Source: Candidatus Bathyarchaeia archaeon (lineage in GTDB: Archaea; Thermoproteota; Bathyarchaeia; Bathyarchaeales; Bathycorpusculaceae). Taken from it: 64,000 nt of DNA. A model generated the notes under the pieces. The model saw only the letters and a list, made by a program, of their open reading frames with translations, searched no databases and was not told the origin of the DNA. The stretch spans positions 12,411 through 76,410 of the forward strand of contig JAVZNT010000003.1 of assembly GCA_038882655.1 (NCBI GenBank), read 5' to 3'. Below are positions 18,792-28,349 of this stretch, in pieces. Position 1 is the first letter of the stretch. Each line of letters opens with the position of its first letter. A program made the position numbers and the translations under genes.

Positions 18792-19188
18792 TGAGGAAAG
18801 CATGATGGATGTGCTGTCAAACGGCTTAACAACAATTCTGAACAACGAGATGCGCAACAAACTCGAATGTGTTGTTAGCCCAGCCTCTAAACTTTTAGGC
18901 AAGGTTTTAAGGGTTATGCAGTTAAACGGGTACATAGGCGAATTCGAATTCATAGACGATGGGCGCTCCGGAAAGTTCAAAGTCCAACTTTTGGGCAGAA
19001 TAAACAAGTGTGGCGCCATAAGACCACGCTTCGCCGTTAAAGTTGATGAAATTGAAGACTGGGAGAGGAAGTTTCTACCATCAAGAGAGGTGGGGCTTCT
19101 AATAATCTCAACTTCGAGAGGGGTATTGTCCCATAGAGAGGCTAAAGAAAGGAGCGTTGGAGGCAGACTCTTAGCCTACGTCTACTAG
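18784..19188 (+). CDS. rps8: 30S ribosomal protein uS8
   Basis: [16 protein letters not shown]...[16 protein letters not shown]...GGRLLAYVY. The ATG at 18784 overlaps the uS14 stop. Confidence 0.95.
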   Translation: MNDEESMMDVLSNGLTTILNNEMRNKLECVVSPASKLLGKVLRVMQLNGYIGEFEFIDDGRSGKFKVQLLGRINKCGAIRPRFAVKVDEIEDWERKFLPSREVGLLIISTSRGVLSHREAKERSVGGRLLAYVY

Positions 19189-19202
19189 GGGGTTTTTGAC
19201 AA

Positions 19203-19751
19203 ATGCGGGCTGTGGAGGTCTCAAAGGTCGTTCAAATTCCAGACGACGTGGAAGTAACCCTCGAAGGCAAAAAAGTGACGGTTAAAGGTGCCAAGGGAAC
19301 CCTAACCAGAGACTTCTCATCCGCCCCAATCTTAATGGAGCTTCAAGGCAAAAGCCTTCATATTTGGGCTAATTGGCCTCGCAAAAAAGAGAGCGCCCTA
19401 GTTGGCACAATTCATGCGCATATTAATAACATGATTACTGGAGTTAGGAAAGGTTTCACATACAAGCTGAAGGTGGTTTTCTCCCACTTTCCAATCTCCG
19501 TTAAAGTTCAAGACAAAATGGTGTTAATTGAAAACTTCACTGGTGAAAGAAACCCGAGGAAAGCAAAAATTGTCGGCAACGCCAAGGTGAAGGTCTCCGG
19601 CGACGACGTAATTGTTCAAGGGATAAACCTTGAAGAAGTAAGCCAAACAGCCGCAAACATAGAACAAGCCACAAAAGTGCGGAGGAAAGATCCCCGAGTC
19701 TTCTTGGACGGCATATACCTATACGAGAAAGGCGAGGGAATGGAAGCGTGA
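19203..19751 (+). CDS. rpl6: 50S ribosomal protein uL6
   Basis: Two-domain uL6 sequence (VTVKGAKGTLTRDF...) in the conserved operon position. Confidence 0.95.
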   Translation: MRAVEVSKVVQIPDDVEVTLEGKKVTVKGAKGTLTRDFSSAPILMELQGKSLHIWANWPRKKESALVGTIHAHINNMITGVRKGFTYKLKVVFSHFPISVKVQDKMVLIENFTGERNPRKAKIVGNAKVKVSGDDVIVQGINLEEVSQTAANIEQATKVRRKDPRVFLDGIYLYEKGEGMEA

Positions 19752-20311
19752 AAGAGCAGAACACCGCTGTTGTAAAGAAAGCCTTAAAGATAAGGGCGAG
19801 GCTAAAAAAGAAAAAGCCCGACTTTGTGCGACAGGAAAGCTGGCGTTACGACCGGCTAAAGGAGAACTGGCGCAAACCAAAAGGCATAGACAACAAAATG
19901 CGGAGAAAAATCAAGGGATGGCCTCAAACAGTAAACGTTGGATATAGAGGACCAAAAGCAGCTAGGGGACTCCATCCGTCCGGCTATGAAGAGGTTTTAG
20001 TGCATAATATTTATGAGCTAAAGAAAGTGAATCCTAAAACCCAAGCTGTACGGATCGCCCACACCGTTGGCAGAAAAACTAGACTGCAAATTCTTGCAGA
20101 GGCGAGAAAGAAGAAAATAACAGTCTTAAATGTGGGAGTTAGGGAAGAGGAAAAGAAGGCGGAAGCGGAGAAAGAAGAAACTGAAGAAGAGAAAAAAGCT
20201 GAAAAAGAGGCAACGGAGGAAAAAGAAAAAGAGAAGACGGTTAAAGAGGAGAAGCCGAAGCCCAAACGGAAAAGAGTAGAGAAAAGCAGGGGAGGAAAGG
20301 AAGAACGGTGA
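19748..20311 (+). CDS. rpl32e: 50S ribosomal protein eL32 with a Lys/Glu-rich C-terminal extension
   Basis: KKPDFVRQESWRYDRLKENWRKPKGIDNKMR is typical of eL32. About 55 extra K/E-rich residues follow from roughly nt 20138. Confidence 0.9.
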   Translation: MKEQNTAVVKKALKIRARLKKKKPDFVRQESWRYDRLKENWRKPKGIDNKMRRKIKGWPQTVNVGYRGPKAARGLHPSGYEEVLVHNIYELKKVNPKTQAVRIAHTVGRKTRLQILAEARKKKITVLNVGVREEEKKAEAEKEETEEEKKAEKEATEEKEKEKTVKEEKPKPKRKRVEKSRGGKEER

Positions 20312-20763
20312 CAATTCTGAAAAGTCAGAGGCGACTGGCAGCCCAAATATTGAAGGTTGGTCAAGAAAGGGTTTGGATAGACCCTAATAGGATTGAGGAT
20401 GTTGAAGCCGCCATAACCCGCGAGGAGATTAGGAAACTCATTCACGAAGGTGTAATTAAGCCCTTAAGAGAGAAGGGTGTCAGCCGGGCAAGAGCAAGAA
20501 TAATCCACCAAAAGAAAAAGAAGGGCTTGAGGCGGGGACCCGGAAGCAAAAGTAGTGCAGAAAAAGCTAAAATTTCTAAAAAGGAGGCTTGGATGCGCAA
20601 GGTTCGTGCATTAAGGAAGAGGCTTCACGAGCTAAAGGCTAACAAAACAATCACTGAAAACACGTACAGAAAGCTTTACACGATGGTTAAAAGTGGGCGG
20701 TTCACATCTGTCGCTGACATGGAGAGATTTCTAAAGGCTCATGACCTTTGGAGGAAACGCTGA
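20308..20763 (+). CDS. rpl19e: 50S ribosomal protein eL19
   Basis: [24 protein letters not shown] is typical of eL19. Confidence 0.95.
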   Translation: MTILKSQRRLAAQILKVGQERVWIDPNRIEDVEAAITREEIRKLIHEGVIKPLREKGVSRARARIIHQKKKKGLRRGPGSKSSAEKAKISKKEAWMRKVRALRKRLHELKANKTITENTYRKLYTMVKSGRFTSVADMERFLKAHDLWRKR

Positions 20764-21380
20764 TGGCGCAAGGTTCCAGTTATAGTGTACCGTACCGCCG
20801 AAGAAGAGAAGGCAAAACAGATTATCATAAAAGAAAAGCCTTAATCCTTTCCGGAAAGCCTAGGCTTGTAGTTCGCGGCACGCTCCAAAACTTTATTGTC
20901 CAAGTAGTGGCTGCCAAACCCCGAGGCGACGAAGTTTTGGTTTCAGCTCACAGTAGAGAACTCCTAAAAAATTATGGTTGGAAAACTCCTAGGGGAAATC
21001 TCCCAACAGCTTATTTAACAGGGCTTTTATGTGGGTTAAAAGCCAAAACAAAAGGCATAGAAGAGGCTGTTCTTGATGTTGGATTGCATTCTCCAACGAA
21101 GGGCGCAAGGGTTTTTGCAGCTCTTAAAGGCGTTTTAGACGCTGGTTTGAGTGTTCCATATGGGGAGGAAAAGTTGCCAGACGAGAAGAGAATTCAAGGT
21201 GCGCACATAGCCCAGTATGCGAAAACGCTTTCAGCAGATACTGAGAGGTATAGGGCAGTGTTCTCAAAATATCTTGACAATAAGGTTCCTCCCGAAAGTC
21301 TTCTTGAACATTTTGCAGAGGTTAGGAAGTCTGTAGTTGCCTCTTTTAAGAATGGAGGTAAAAGCCGTGGCAGTGGATAG
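20763..21380 (+). CDS. rpl18: 50S ribosomal protein uL18
   Basis: [22 protein letters not shown] is typical of archaeal uL18. The ATG at 20763 overlaps the eL19 stop (TGATG). Confidence 0.95.
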   Translation: MAQGSSYSVPYRRRREGKTDYHKRKALILSGKPRLVVRGTLQNFIVQVVAAKPRGDEVLVSAHSRELLKNYGWKTPRGNLPTAYLTGLLCGLKAKTKGIEEAVLDVGLHSPTKGARVFAALKGVLDAGLSVPYGEEKLPDEKRIQGAHIAQYAKTLSADTERYRAVFSKYLDNKVPPESLLEHFAEVRKSVVASFKNGGKSRGSG

Positions 21381-22002
21381 AGCTAAAAGTTTAGAGGAGT
21401 GGGTTCCTAAAACCCGTCTTGGAAAGCTGATTCAGGAGGGTAAAGTAACCTCTATTGAAGAGGTTTTTATGGAAGGCTTACCCATACGGGAACCCCAAAT
21501 TGTTGATGCTTTGCTTCCAGACCTTCAGGAAGAGGTTATAAACATTAATCTTGTGCAGAAGCAGACAGACGCCGGTGAGAAGTCTAGGTTTAAGGCGATA
21601 GTTGCTGTTGGAAATAGGGATGGCTACATTGGGCTTGGGGCTGGAAAGGCAAGCCAAGTGCGAACTGCAATAGAGAAGGCAGCTGCAGATGCCAGATTAA
21701 AACTTGTTCCAATAAGGCGAGGGTGTGGCAGCTGGGAATGTGGATGTGGAAAACCCCACTCTGTTCCATTCCAGGTTGAGGGCAGATGCGGCGGCGTAAA
21801 AATCGTCATCGTTCCAGGACCGAGAGGCTTAGGCTTGGTTGCCAGCGAAGTTGCAAAAGTGATTCTTGGACTTGCAGGGATAAAAGATTGTTGGACAAGG
21901 AGCTACGGCTCAACACGAACTGTTCCTTCCTTCGCGTATGCAGTTTTTGATGCTTTGAAGAGGACCTACAGCCTAATAACGCCAATGGATTGGGTGAAAT
22001 AG
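21352..22002 (+). CDS. rps5: 30S ribosomal protein uS5
   Basis: [16 protein letters not shown]...[17 protein letters not shown]. The exact start is uncertain (21337, 21352 or 21367). Confidence 0.9.
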   Translation: MEVKAVAVDRAKSLEEWVPKTRLGKLIQEGKVTSIEEVFMEGLPIREPQIVDALLPDLQEEVININLVQKQTDAGEKSRFKAIVAVGNRDGYIGLGAGKASQVRTAIEKAAADARLKLVPIRRGCGSWECGCGKPHSVPFQVEGRCGGVKIVIVPGPRGLGLVASEVAKVILGLAGIKDCWTRSYGSTRTVPSFAYAVFDALKRTYSLITPMDWVK

Positions 22003-22003
22003 C

Positions 22004-22492
22004 TTGCCAGAAGAGACCAAAAGCCGAAAATGTATTACAGCCATTCGCGTCCGCGGAATTATAAGCGCGCCCCTACAGGTTAGGGAAACCCTAAAAATGT
22101 TAAACTTGAAAAGGAACAACTATGCAGTTTTGATTGATAATAGACCCTCCTTTCTTGGAATGTTAAAAACAGCTCAAAGCTTTGTCACTTGGGGTGAAAT
22201 TTCAAAAGAGACCTTGAGGGCGCTGTTAAAGAAGAGGGGTAAACTTATTGGAAACAAAAAGTTGACGGATGATTATGCAAAAAAGCTTGGTTACGCCTCT
22301 TTGGAGGAGCTTGCAGAAGCAATATATAACTGTAAAGTTGAGTACTGGAAGCTTCCGAGCATACAGCCATATTTTAGGTTGCACCCGCCAACGAAGGGTT
22401 TCAAGGGTAAGACAAAGAAGGGCTATGGCATGGGCGGCGAGCTTGGATACCGCGGCGAAAAAATAAATGAGCTTTTAGAGAGAATGATTTAA
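22004..22492 (+). CDS. rpl30: 50S ribosomal protein uL30
   Basis: IRVRGIISAPLQVRETLKMLNLKRNNYAVL is typical of archaeal uL30. Confidence 0.9.
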   Translation: MPEETKSRKCITAIRVRGIISAPLQVRETLKMLNLKRNNYAVLIDNRPSFLGMLKTAQSFVTWGEISKETLRALLKKRGKLIGNKKLTDDYAKKLGYASLEELAEAIYNCKVEYWKLPSIQPYFRLHPPTKGFKGKTKKGYGMGGELGYRGEKINELLERMI

Positions 22493-22527
22493 AGGCTCTC
22501 TTATGTTGTGGCGATACCTTTTATAAC

Positions 22528-23007
22528 TTGTTTGAAGATGCGTTTGTGTCAAAGGGAGGAGAGACCAGCGTGAGATGGCGAAGAAGCGAGAAACTTCCCA
22601 AATGGTTTAGAACCGCTAAAAGACTGAGCAGAACCGAAGATAAAGCTTTAAAGTTTGAAAATTTGAGAATTGCAAAACAGCATTCTCATAGGTATAAAGG
22701 TTTAAAGACTTTTAAAGTTAAAAGTTGGAAAGAGCCCGAGCCGTTGGTGGATGTTTTTAGGGAAAAGGACAAAATAGTTGTTGTCGCCGAGCTTAAGGGC
22801 TTTAAGAAAGAAAACATAAAGATTCAAGCCAAAAAACAGCAGCTAACCCTGGCGGCGAGGGCTCAGGGGCGCAGATACTATAAAAGTTTAAATCTTCCAG
22901 AGGCTGTGATTCCAGAGGCAGTCCGCATAACATATAAGAATGGAGTCCTCGAAATACAGTTAAAGAAAGCCCTAGAAGAGAAACCACTAAACAAGGTTGC
23001 TGGTTAA
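22528..23007 (+). CDS. small heat-shock protein (Hsp20 / alpha-crystallin domain)
   Basis: Alpha-crystallin-like core PLVDVFREKDKIVVVAELKGFKKENIKIQAKKQQLTLAA...YYKSLNLPEAV...ITYKNGVLEIQLKK. TTG start. Located between uL30 and uL15. Confidence 0.75.
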   Translation: MFEDAFVSKGGETSVRWRRSEKLPKWFRTAKRLSRTEDKALKFENLRIAKQHSHRYKGLKTFKVKSWKEPEPLVDVFREKDKIVVVAELKGFKKENIKIQAKKQQLTLAARAQGRRYYKSLNLPEAVIPEAVRITYKNGVLEIQLKKALEEKPLNKVAG

Positions 23008-23009
23008 GG

Positions 23010-23450
23010 ATGCCCCATAGACTTAGGAAAATCCGCAAAAAACGCGGTTCAAGAACATGCGGCTACGGAAGAGTAGGACAGCATAGAAAATCAGGCTCCA
23101 AGGGATACCGCAGAGCCGGACGCCACAAGCACGGTTGGACATACGTCATAAAATACGAGCCAGAATACTTCGGAAAAAAGGGTTTCACCTCGCCTAAAAG
23201 TTTAAAACAAAAAAATAAAGTCATAAACGTTGGGGAGCTCGAAGAAATAGCCGAAAAATGCGGAGGAAGAACTGATGAAGGAAAAATCTTCATAGACTTG
23301 AATGGTTTAGGCTACACGAAGCTTCTTGGCTCTGGAAAAATAACAAAACCCCTAATCGTTAAAGTTGCCTTTTGCTCAAAATCAGCGGCTGAAAAAATAG
23401 AGGAGATTGGAGGGCAAGTTTTAGTAAAGTCTCAACAAGCTGGGGAGTAG
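23010..23450 (+). CDS. rpl15: 50S ribosomal protein uL15
   Basis: RKKRGSRTCGYGRVGQHRKSGSKG is typical of uL15. Directly upstream of secY. Confidence 0.95.
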   Translation: MPHRLRKIRKKRGSRTCGYGRVGQHRKSGSKGYRRAGRHKHGWTYVIKYEPEYFGKKGFTSPKSLKQKNKVINVGELEEIAEKCGGRTDEGKIFIDLNGLGYTKLLGSGKITKPLIVKVAFCSKSAAEKIEEIGGQVLVKSQQAGE

Positions 23451-23460
23451 CGGTTAACCC

Positions 23461-24879
23461 ATGGCTGGAAGGTTTCTTAACTTCTTTAAACCCGTTGCGC
23501 GTTTCATTCCAGAGGTAAAAGCTCCAGAGCGTAGAGTGAGCTTTAATGAAAAACTCTTCTGGACAGCCATAGCCCTCATAATATACCTAGTAATGGCCAG
23601 TAATGCGTGCAGCCTTTACGGTATTCAAAGTTCAGAGGAGTTTGCACCCCTAAGGATAATTTTTGCTTCAAGCCGCGGCACTTTGATGGAGCTAGGCATA
23701 GGTCCAATCGTGACCGCTGGCTTAATTTTGCAACTTTTAGTTGGTTCCGCCATGATAGAATGTGACATGTCAAAACCTGAAGACAGAGCCTTATTCACAA
23801 CAGCAAGCAAAGTTTTTGCGATAATTCTCACTGGGGTTCAAGCATCGGCTTACATAATAAGCGGAATGTACGGTAACTTGCCCGGCACAACTGCCATAAT
23901 CGTTTTTCTTCAACTCTTAGCCGCCGGGCTCATAGTCCTACTCCTAGACGAGCTTATCCAGAAAGGTTGGGGGTTCGGTAGTGGGATCAGCCTCTTCATA
24001 ATGGCAGGTGTTGCACAGCAAATATTTCTTCAATGCTTCGATATTAGTGGAGCTGTTGATGAATACTACAATCACGGAATTTTTCCAGCGTTAGCAGGTG
24101 CCATAATTAATGGAAAACCAATTACAGGATTATGGTTAAGAGGCAATCTTCCGTCCTTAACAGGGTTCATAGCAACAATAGCCGCTTTCCTTGTGATAAT
24201 TTATATGGAAGGTGTTAGAGTGGAGTTGCCGCTTTCTTACGCTGGCTACCGCGGTTTTAGGAGTCGCTACCCGATAAAGCTGCTGTACGTTTCAAATCTC
24301 CCAGTGATTTTTGCATCTGCGCTTTTTGCCAACATATACTTCTTCTCATATCTACTATGGAGCCAACCATGGGGTAAAGACAACGTTTGGATTAAACTTT
24401 TAGGAGATTATAAGTATGACTATAACGCTCGACAGAATGTGCCTGTCGGAGGCCTTGTTTATTTTGTAACTTCTCCAGGCAACCTTACCAACGTGATGAA
24501 TGAGCCTTTAAGAGCCATTGGATATTTAGCAATTCTCATAGTTTTCTGTGTAATCTTTTCGCTTACTTGGCTTGAAGTTGGCGGTTTAGGGCCTTCAACA
24601 GTGGCGAAGCAGCTTGTAGATTCTGGCATGCAGATTCCGGGTTATAGACGTTCAGGTAAGGCTGTTGAGCAGATTCTTAAACGCTACATTCCAGCAGTCA
24701 CTGTTTTGGGCGGAATTATAGTTGGATTAATCGCTGGTTTATCAGATTTCTTTGGAGTTTTCGGCTCCGGTATAGGGATTTTGCTTTCTGTAGGCATAGT
24801 TTACCAGTACTATGAAATTTTGGTGCGTGAAAGAGCAGCCGAAATGTACCCCGCCTTCAGAAGAATATTTGGAGAGTGA
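23461..24879 (+). CDS. secY: preprotein translocase subunit SecY
   Basis: 472-aa protein with 10 TM helices in the conserved operon position. Motif GTLMELGIGPIVTAGLILQLL. Confidence 0.95.
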   Translation: MAGRFLNFFKPVARFIPEVKAPERRVSFNEKLFWTAIALIIYLVMASNACSLYGIQSSEEFAPLRIIFASSRGTLMELGIGPIVTAGLILQLLVGSAMIECDMSKPEDRALFTTASKVFAIILTGVQASAYIISGMYGNLPGTTAIIVFLQLLAAGLIVLLLDELIQKGWGFGSGISLFIMAGVAQQIFLQCFDISGAVDEYYNHGIFPALAGAIINGKPITGLWLRGNLPSLTGFIATIAAFLVIIYMEGVRVELPLSYAGYRGFRSRYPIKLLYVSNLPVIFASALFANIYFFSYLLWSQPWGKDNVWIKLLGDYKYDYNARQNVPVGGLVYFVTSPGNLTNVMNEPLRAIGYLAILIVFCVIFSLTWLEVGGLGPSTVAKQLVDSGMQIPGYRRSGKAVEQILKRYIPAVTVLGGIIVGLIAGLSDFFGVFGSGIGILLSVGIVYQYYEILVRERAAEMYPAFRRIFGE

Positions 24880-24888
24880 GTTTAAAGC

Positions 24889-25356
24889 ATGTCCTTTCTC
24901 CCGACAAGTCCACCTTGGTCGACACTTTTCATTTTCCTACTTGCCGCTGCTATATCTTTTCTTATAACTCTGGCAAATCGTCTCACAACAAACCCGGAAA
25001 AGACAAGGGCTTGGAGAAAAGAAATTGCCGAATGGAATCAACAGTTTAATAAGGCTAGGAAAAGCGGGGATAAGAAACAACTGGAGAAGCTTATGAAAAA
25101 ACAGCAGTACATACTTCAGCTTCAAGCAAAAATGTCATGGCAGTCAATGAAAGTGTCCTTCTTATTCTTCGTCCCATTAATGATAATTTGGTCATTTCTG
25201 GGAAGCTTCTATACTGGTGAGAATGCCAACATTGCATACTTCCCAGGTATTGGCCCTCAGCTGTTGTTTCCGCCTTTGTTCTGGTGGTATCTTTTATGCT
25301 CCTTTTTCTTTAGTACGATATTTTCCCATTTATTAGGTATTTCAAGTGTGGAGTGA
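24889..25356 (+). CDS. DUF106 membrane protein (archaeal YidC/Oxa1-like, EMC3/TMCO1 superfamily)
   Basis: TM1, then a basic coiled coil (KTRAWRKEIAEWNQQFNKARKSGDKKQLEKLMKKQQ), then two more TM helices. Conserved location downstream of secY. Confidence 0.7.
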   Translation: MSFLPTSPPWSTLFIFLLAAAISFLITLANRLTTNPEKTRAWRKEIAEWNQQFNKARKSGDKKQLEKLMKKQQYILQLQAKMSWQSMKVSFLFFVPLMIIWSFLGSFYTGENANIAYFPGIGPQLLFPPLFWWYLLCSFFFSTIFSHLLGISSVE

Positions 25357-25362
25357 TGTAGC

Positions 25363-25641
25363 ATGCCCAGACCATCTCAACGTGCACGCAGCCGGAAACG
25401 TGTTTTCAGGACTCTGCCTGGAGGACGCACAAGCATGCATCTTAAACGCGAAGTTCCAAGAGGTGACAGTTGCGCCAGTTGCGGCAAACCTTTAGCCGGA
25501 ATTCCCCATCTTCTCCCCCATGAGGCGACGAAGCTTAACAGGACGAAGAGGAGAATTTCAAGAATTTATGGTGGGCATCTCTGCCACAACTGCTTGAAAG
25601 TAGCCCTTAAACATGCGGCACGAACACTTAGTGTTGTATGA
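25363..25641 (+). CDS. rpl34e: 50S ribosomal protein eL34
   Basis: RSRKRVFRTLPGGRT...CASCGKPLAGIP...RIYGGHLCHNC is typical of eL34. Confidence 0.9.
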   Translation: MPRPSQRARSRKRVFRTLPGGRTSMHLKREVPRGDSCASCGKPLAGIPHLLPHEATKLNRTKRRISRIYGGHLCHNCLKVALKHAARTLSVV

Positions 25642-25651
25642 GGTTCTTGGC

Positions 25652-26242
25652 ATGGCGAAAGAACCATTGATTATCTGCGTTTGTGGGATGGCTGGAAGCG
25701 GAAAAAGCACTTTAGCAAAAAAACTGGCCGAAAAGTACGGACTTAAATATTATTCTGGCGGTGATGCCCTAAAAGCTTTGGCTTTAGAGAGAGGTCATAA
25801 GCCAGCGGGGCACGGTTGGTGGGAAAGCAAAGAAGGCTTATCATTCCTAGAGAAAAGGAAGAAAAACCCCCAATTTGACAAGGCTGTTGACCAGAAACTC
25901 TTGGAAATTGCAAAACAGGGAAACGTAATTCTAGACAGTTGGACAATGCCGTGGCTTCTCGAAGGCGGGTTCAAAATATGGCTTGAAGCATCGCCAAGAA
26001 AAAGGGCGGAAAGAGTAGCAAAAAGAGACAACATGACCGTGAAAGAGGCATTAAACGCCTTGAGAAAGAAGGAGGAGAAGACAAAATCAATCTATGAGAA
26101 GCTTTACGGCTTCAAATTAGGCGAAGATTTCACCCCATTCCACATGATATTGGACACCGATAATTTATCAGCTGAAGAAGTTTTTCAAGCCCTAAGTTTA
26201 GTTTTAGACAAGCTAGTTTTTGGTAAACAGAACTTCGCGTAA
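25652..26242 (+). CDS. cmk: cytidylate kinase (archaeal type)
   Basis: P-loop CGMAGSGKSTLAKKLAEKYGLKYYSGG. ATG at 25652. Conserved eL34-cmk adjacency. Confidence 0.85.
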   Translation: MAKEPLIICVCGMAGSGKSTLAKKLAEKYGLKYYSGGDALKALALERGHKPAGHGWWESKEGLSFLEKRKKNPQFDKAVDQKLLEIAKQGNVILDSWTMPWLLEGGFKIWLEASPRKRAERVAKRDNMTVKEALNALRKKEEKTKSIYEKLYGFKLGEDFTPFHMILDTDNLSAEEVFQALSLVLDKLVFGKQNFA

Positions 26243-26313
26243 ATTTTTTAAAGCATTAGAGAAACTTCTATAATATTCCTTTAAAATAAAATCCACATCT
26301 GAATCTAAAACCA

Positions 26314-26700
26314 ATGCGGAGATTGGAGAACTTGAAAATGCTAATTTTCTGCTCCGCAATTGTTACAGCCTTAATCCTCACAATTCTTCACGGGCTTCTT
26401 CCAATGACTTGGGAAACGGCTCAAACACTGCTTACATTTAACCTTCTATTTCTGCTCATTCTCATGCCATTAAAAGGGTCTATTATGAGAAAAATAGCAA
26501 TACTTTTGTTAGGTAATATATTAAGCTTCATTTGGAGCACCCTTTTCTATCTGCTTGTTCACTTCGCTGTTGGGCAAATGGATGGAGTGTTTAACACCTT
26601 ATATGTTGTTTTGAGTCCACTGTTGAATGTTTTGTGGGTTGTAACATTTTGGTCTACAAGTCTGACCTTTTTGGCTGAACCGGGAAAAGGAAAGCGGTGA
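26314..26700 (+). CDS. hypothetical membrane protein (4 predicted TM helices)
   Basis: Hydrophobic 128-aa ORF. Its stop overlaps the start of the next gene (GTGA at 26697-26700). Confidence 0.6.
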   Translation: MRRLENLKMLIFCSAIVTALILTILHGLLPMTWETAQTLLTFNLLFLLILMPLKGSIMRKIAILLLGNILSFIWSTLFYLLVHFAVGQMDGVFNTLYVVLSPLLNVLWVVTFWSTSLTFLAEPGKGKR

Positions 26701-28019
26701 AAAACTTGATAACTGAAATTTTAGAGGTCTTGCTTTTTCTGTCGACGATCTTGATGGCGGCTTATCTTGTTCGCCATTACATCTTCACCATAACGGTTGC
26801 CAAGAAATCAAAAATAAATGGGAGGAGCCTTGTTGCAGCCGAAACCGCGGTCTTATCTTACCAACCAAAAGTGTCAATTTTGATACCTGCTCACAACGAA
26901 GAACTTGTCATTGGGCGGCTTCTCCAAAGAATGACGGAGCTGACATATCCAAAGGACAAGTTGCAAGTAGTAGTGATAGATGATGCCTCGACGGATAAAA
27001 CTGGAATTATAGCAGAACAGTATTCGAGGCATCACCCCTACATATTTGTTGTGAGAAGACATAGAGAGGAAGGTGGGCGTGGAAAGGCTTCCGCCCTAAA
27101 CGCCGGAATGAAGTGGGCTAATGGCGAGATAATTCTGTGTTTTGACGCTGACTATTACCCGCAAAGAGACATTATAGAAAAACTTGTGAAAGAGTTTAAA
27201 GACCCAAAAGTGGGAGCAGTTCAAGGAAGGGTTGTTGTGCTAAACGAACCGCAAAACATCGTCACAAGGCTTGTTGCCCTTGAAAGGATAGGCGGATACC
27301 GCGTTGATCAAGAAGCCCGCGACAGCCTCGGCTTGATAACGCAGTTCGGCGGGACTGTTGGAGGATTTAGGCGTACCCTTTTAGAATCTCTTGGCGGATG
27401 GGACGAAAATATTCTAGCGGAGGACACTGATTTGACTTTCCGCGTTTATCTCGCTGGTTATAAGGTTAAGTATGTTAGTGATGCAGAGTGCTATGAAGAG
27501 GCTGTTGAAAATTGGCGAGCCTATTGGAGGCAGCGATACAGATGGGCTAAAGGACATATGCAATGTGCCTTCAAGCATTTGCTAAAAGTTCTGAAAAGCA
27601 AAAAGCTTGGACTTAAAGAGAAAATTGATGGCTTATTCTTGCTCGGTGTCTATTTTCTCCCCATTATTGTCCTTTTCTCATGGATAATTGGGGTGTCGCT
27701 AATGTTTCTGAAATTTTCGCGGCATTTCTCTCCATTTTGGGCAACATCCTCCATTGCCCTCTACAGTTCCATCGGAAACTTCGCTCCATTTTATGAGATT
27801 GGAGTTGGCGCCTTTCTTGATGGCAGAAAGAGGGCACAGTGGCTTATCCCCCTACTTCTCTTCACCCTCTTTTACAATATCCCTATATGCACTAAAGCTC
27901 TTCTCGACATTTTTATTTCAAAAATTACAAGGAAAAACAATAACCATTGGGTTAAAACCGAACATTCAGGCAATGGAAACTGTTATATTATAAACTGCGC
28001 TAAAACCTTAGAAAGGTAG
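26697..28019 (+). CDS. family-2 glycosyltransferase with processive beta-glycan synthase architecture
   Basis: N-terminal TM helix. Motifs VVIDDASTDKTG, CFDADYYP, LAEDTDLTFR and WRQRYRWAKG (QxxRW). About four C-terminal TM helices. Confidence 0.85.
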   Translation: MKNLITEILEVLLFLSTILMAAYLVRHYIFTITVAKKSKINGRSLVAAETAVLSYQPKVSILIPAHNEELVIGRLLQRMTELTYPKDKLQVVVIDDASTDKTGIIAEQYSRHHPYIFVVRRHREEGGRGKASALNAGMKWANGEIILCFDADYYPQRDIIEKLVKEFKDPKVGAVQGRVVVLNEPQNIVTRLVALERIGGYRVDQEARDSLGLITQFGGTVGGFRRTLLESLGGWDENILAEDTDLTFRVYLAGYKVKYVSDAECYEEAVENWRAYWRQRYRWAKGHMQCAFKHLLKVLKSKKLGLKEKIDGLFLLGVYFLPIIVLFSWIIGVSLMFLKFSRHFSPFWATSSIALYSSIGNFAPFYEIGVGAFLDGRKRAQWLIPLLLFTLFYNIPICTKALLDIFISKITRKNNNHWVKTEHSGNGNCYIINCAKTLER

Positions 28020-28022
28020 AGA

Positions 28023-28274
28023 ATGGTTCCAGCTTCAGCTTTAACGTCAGTTATAATGTTGTTTTTTGGAGTTATGGCCTTCATTATTATTATGCTTTTA
28101 CCAGCAATTATGGAGCTGAAAAAACCAAAGGATGCAGGTCCAAAAATATTGGAAAGCGGCGAGCAACATGGAATTAATCTGTTGGTTAACATGGAAAGCG
28201 ACGTCAAATTTGATTGGACCACCATAAGGCGAGTTGCAGAGATAATTGCAATCCTTCCAAACTTGGAGCCCTAA
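28023..28274 (+). CDS. hypothetical small membrane protein (1-2 TM helices)
   Basis: 83-aa ORF starting 3 nt after the GT2 stop. Hydrophobic N-terminus and a charged tail. Confidence 0.5.
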   Translation: MVPASALTSVIMLFFGVMAFIIIMLLPAIMELKKPKDAGPKILESGEQHGINLLVNMESDVKFDWTTIRRVAEIIAILPNLEP

Positions 28275-28349
28275 CCCCAAAATTCAGAAAGCCTCATAGA
28301 CGAGACTGTTAAATTCAATAGTTAGGAAAAGGGAGGACGGGGCCACATA

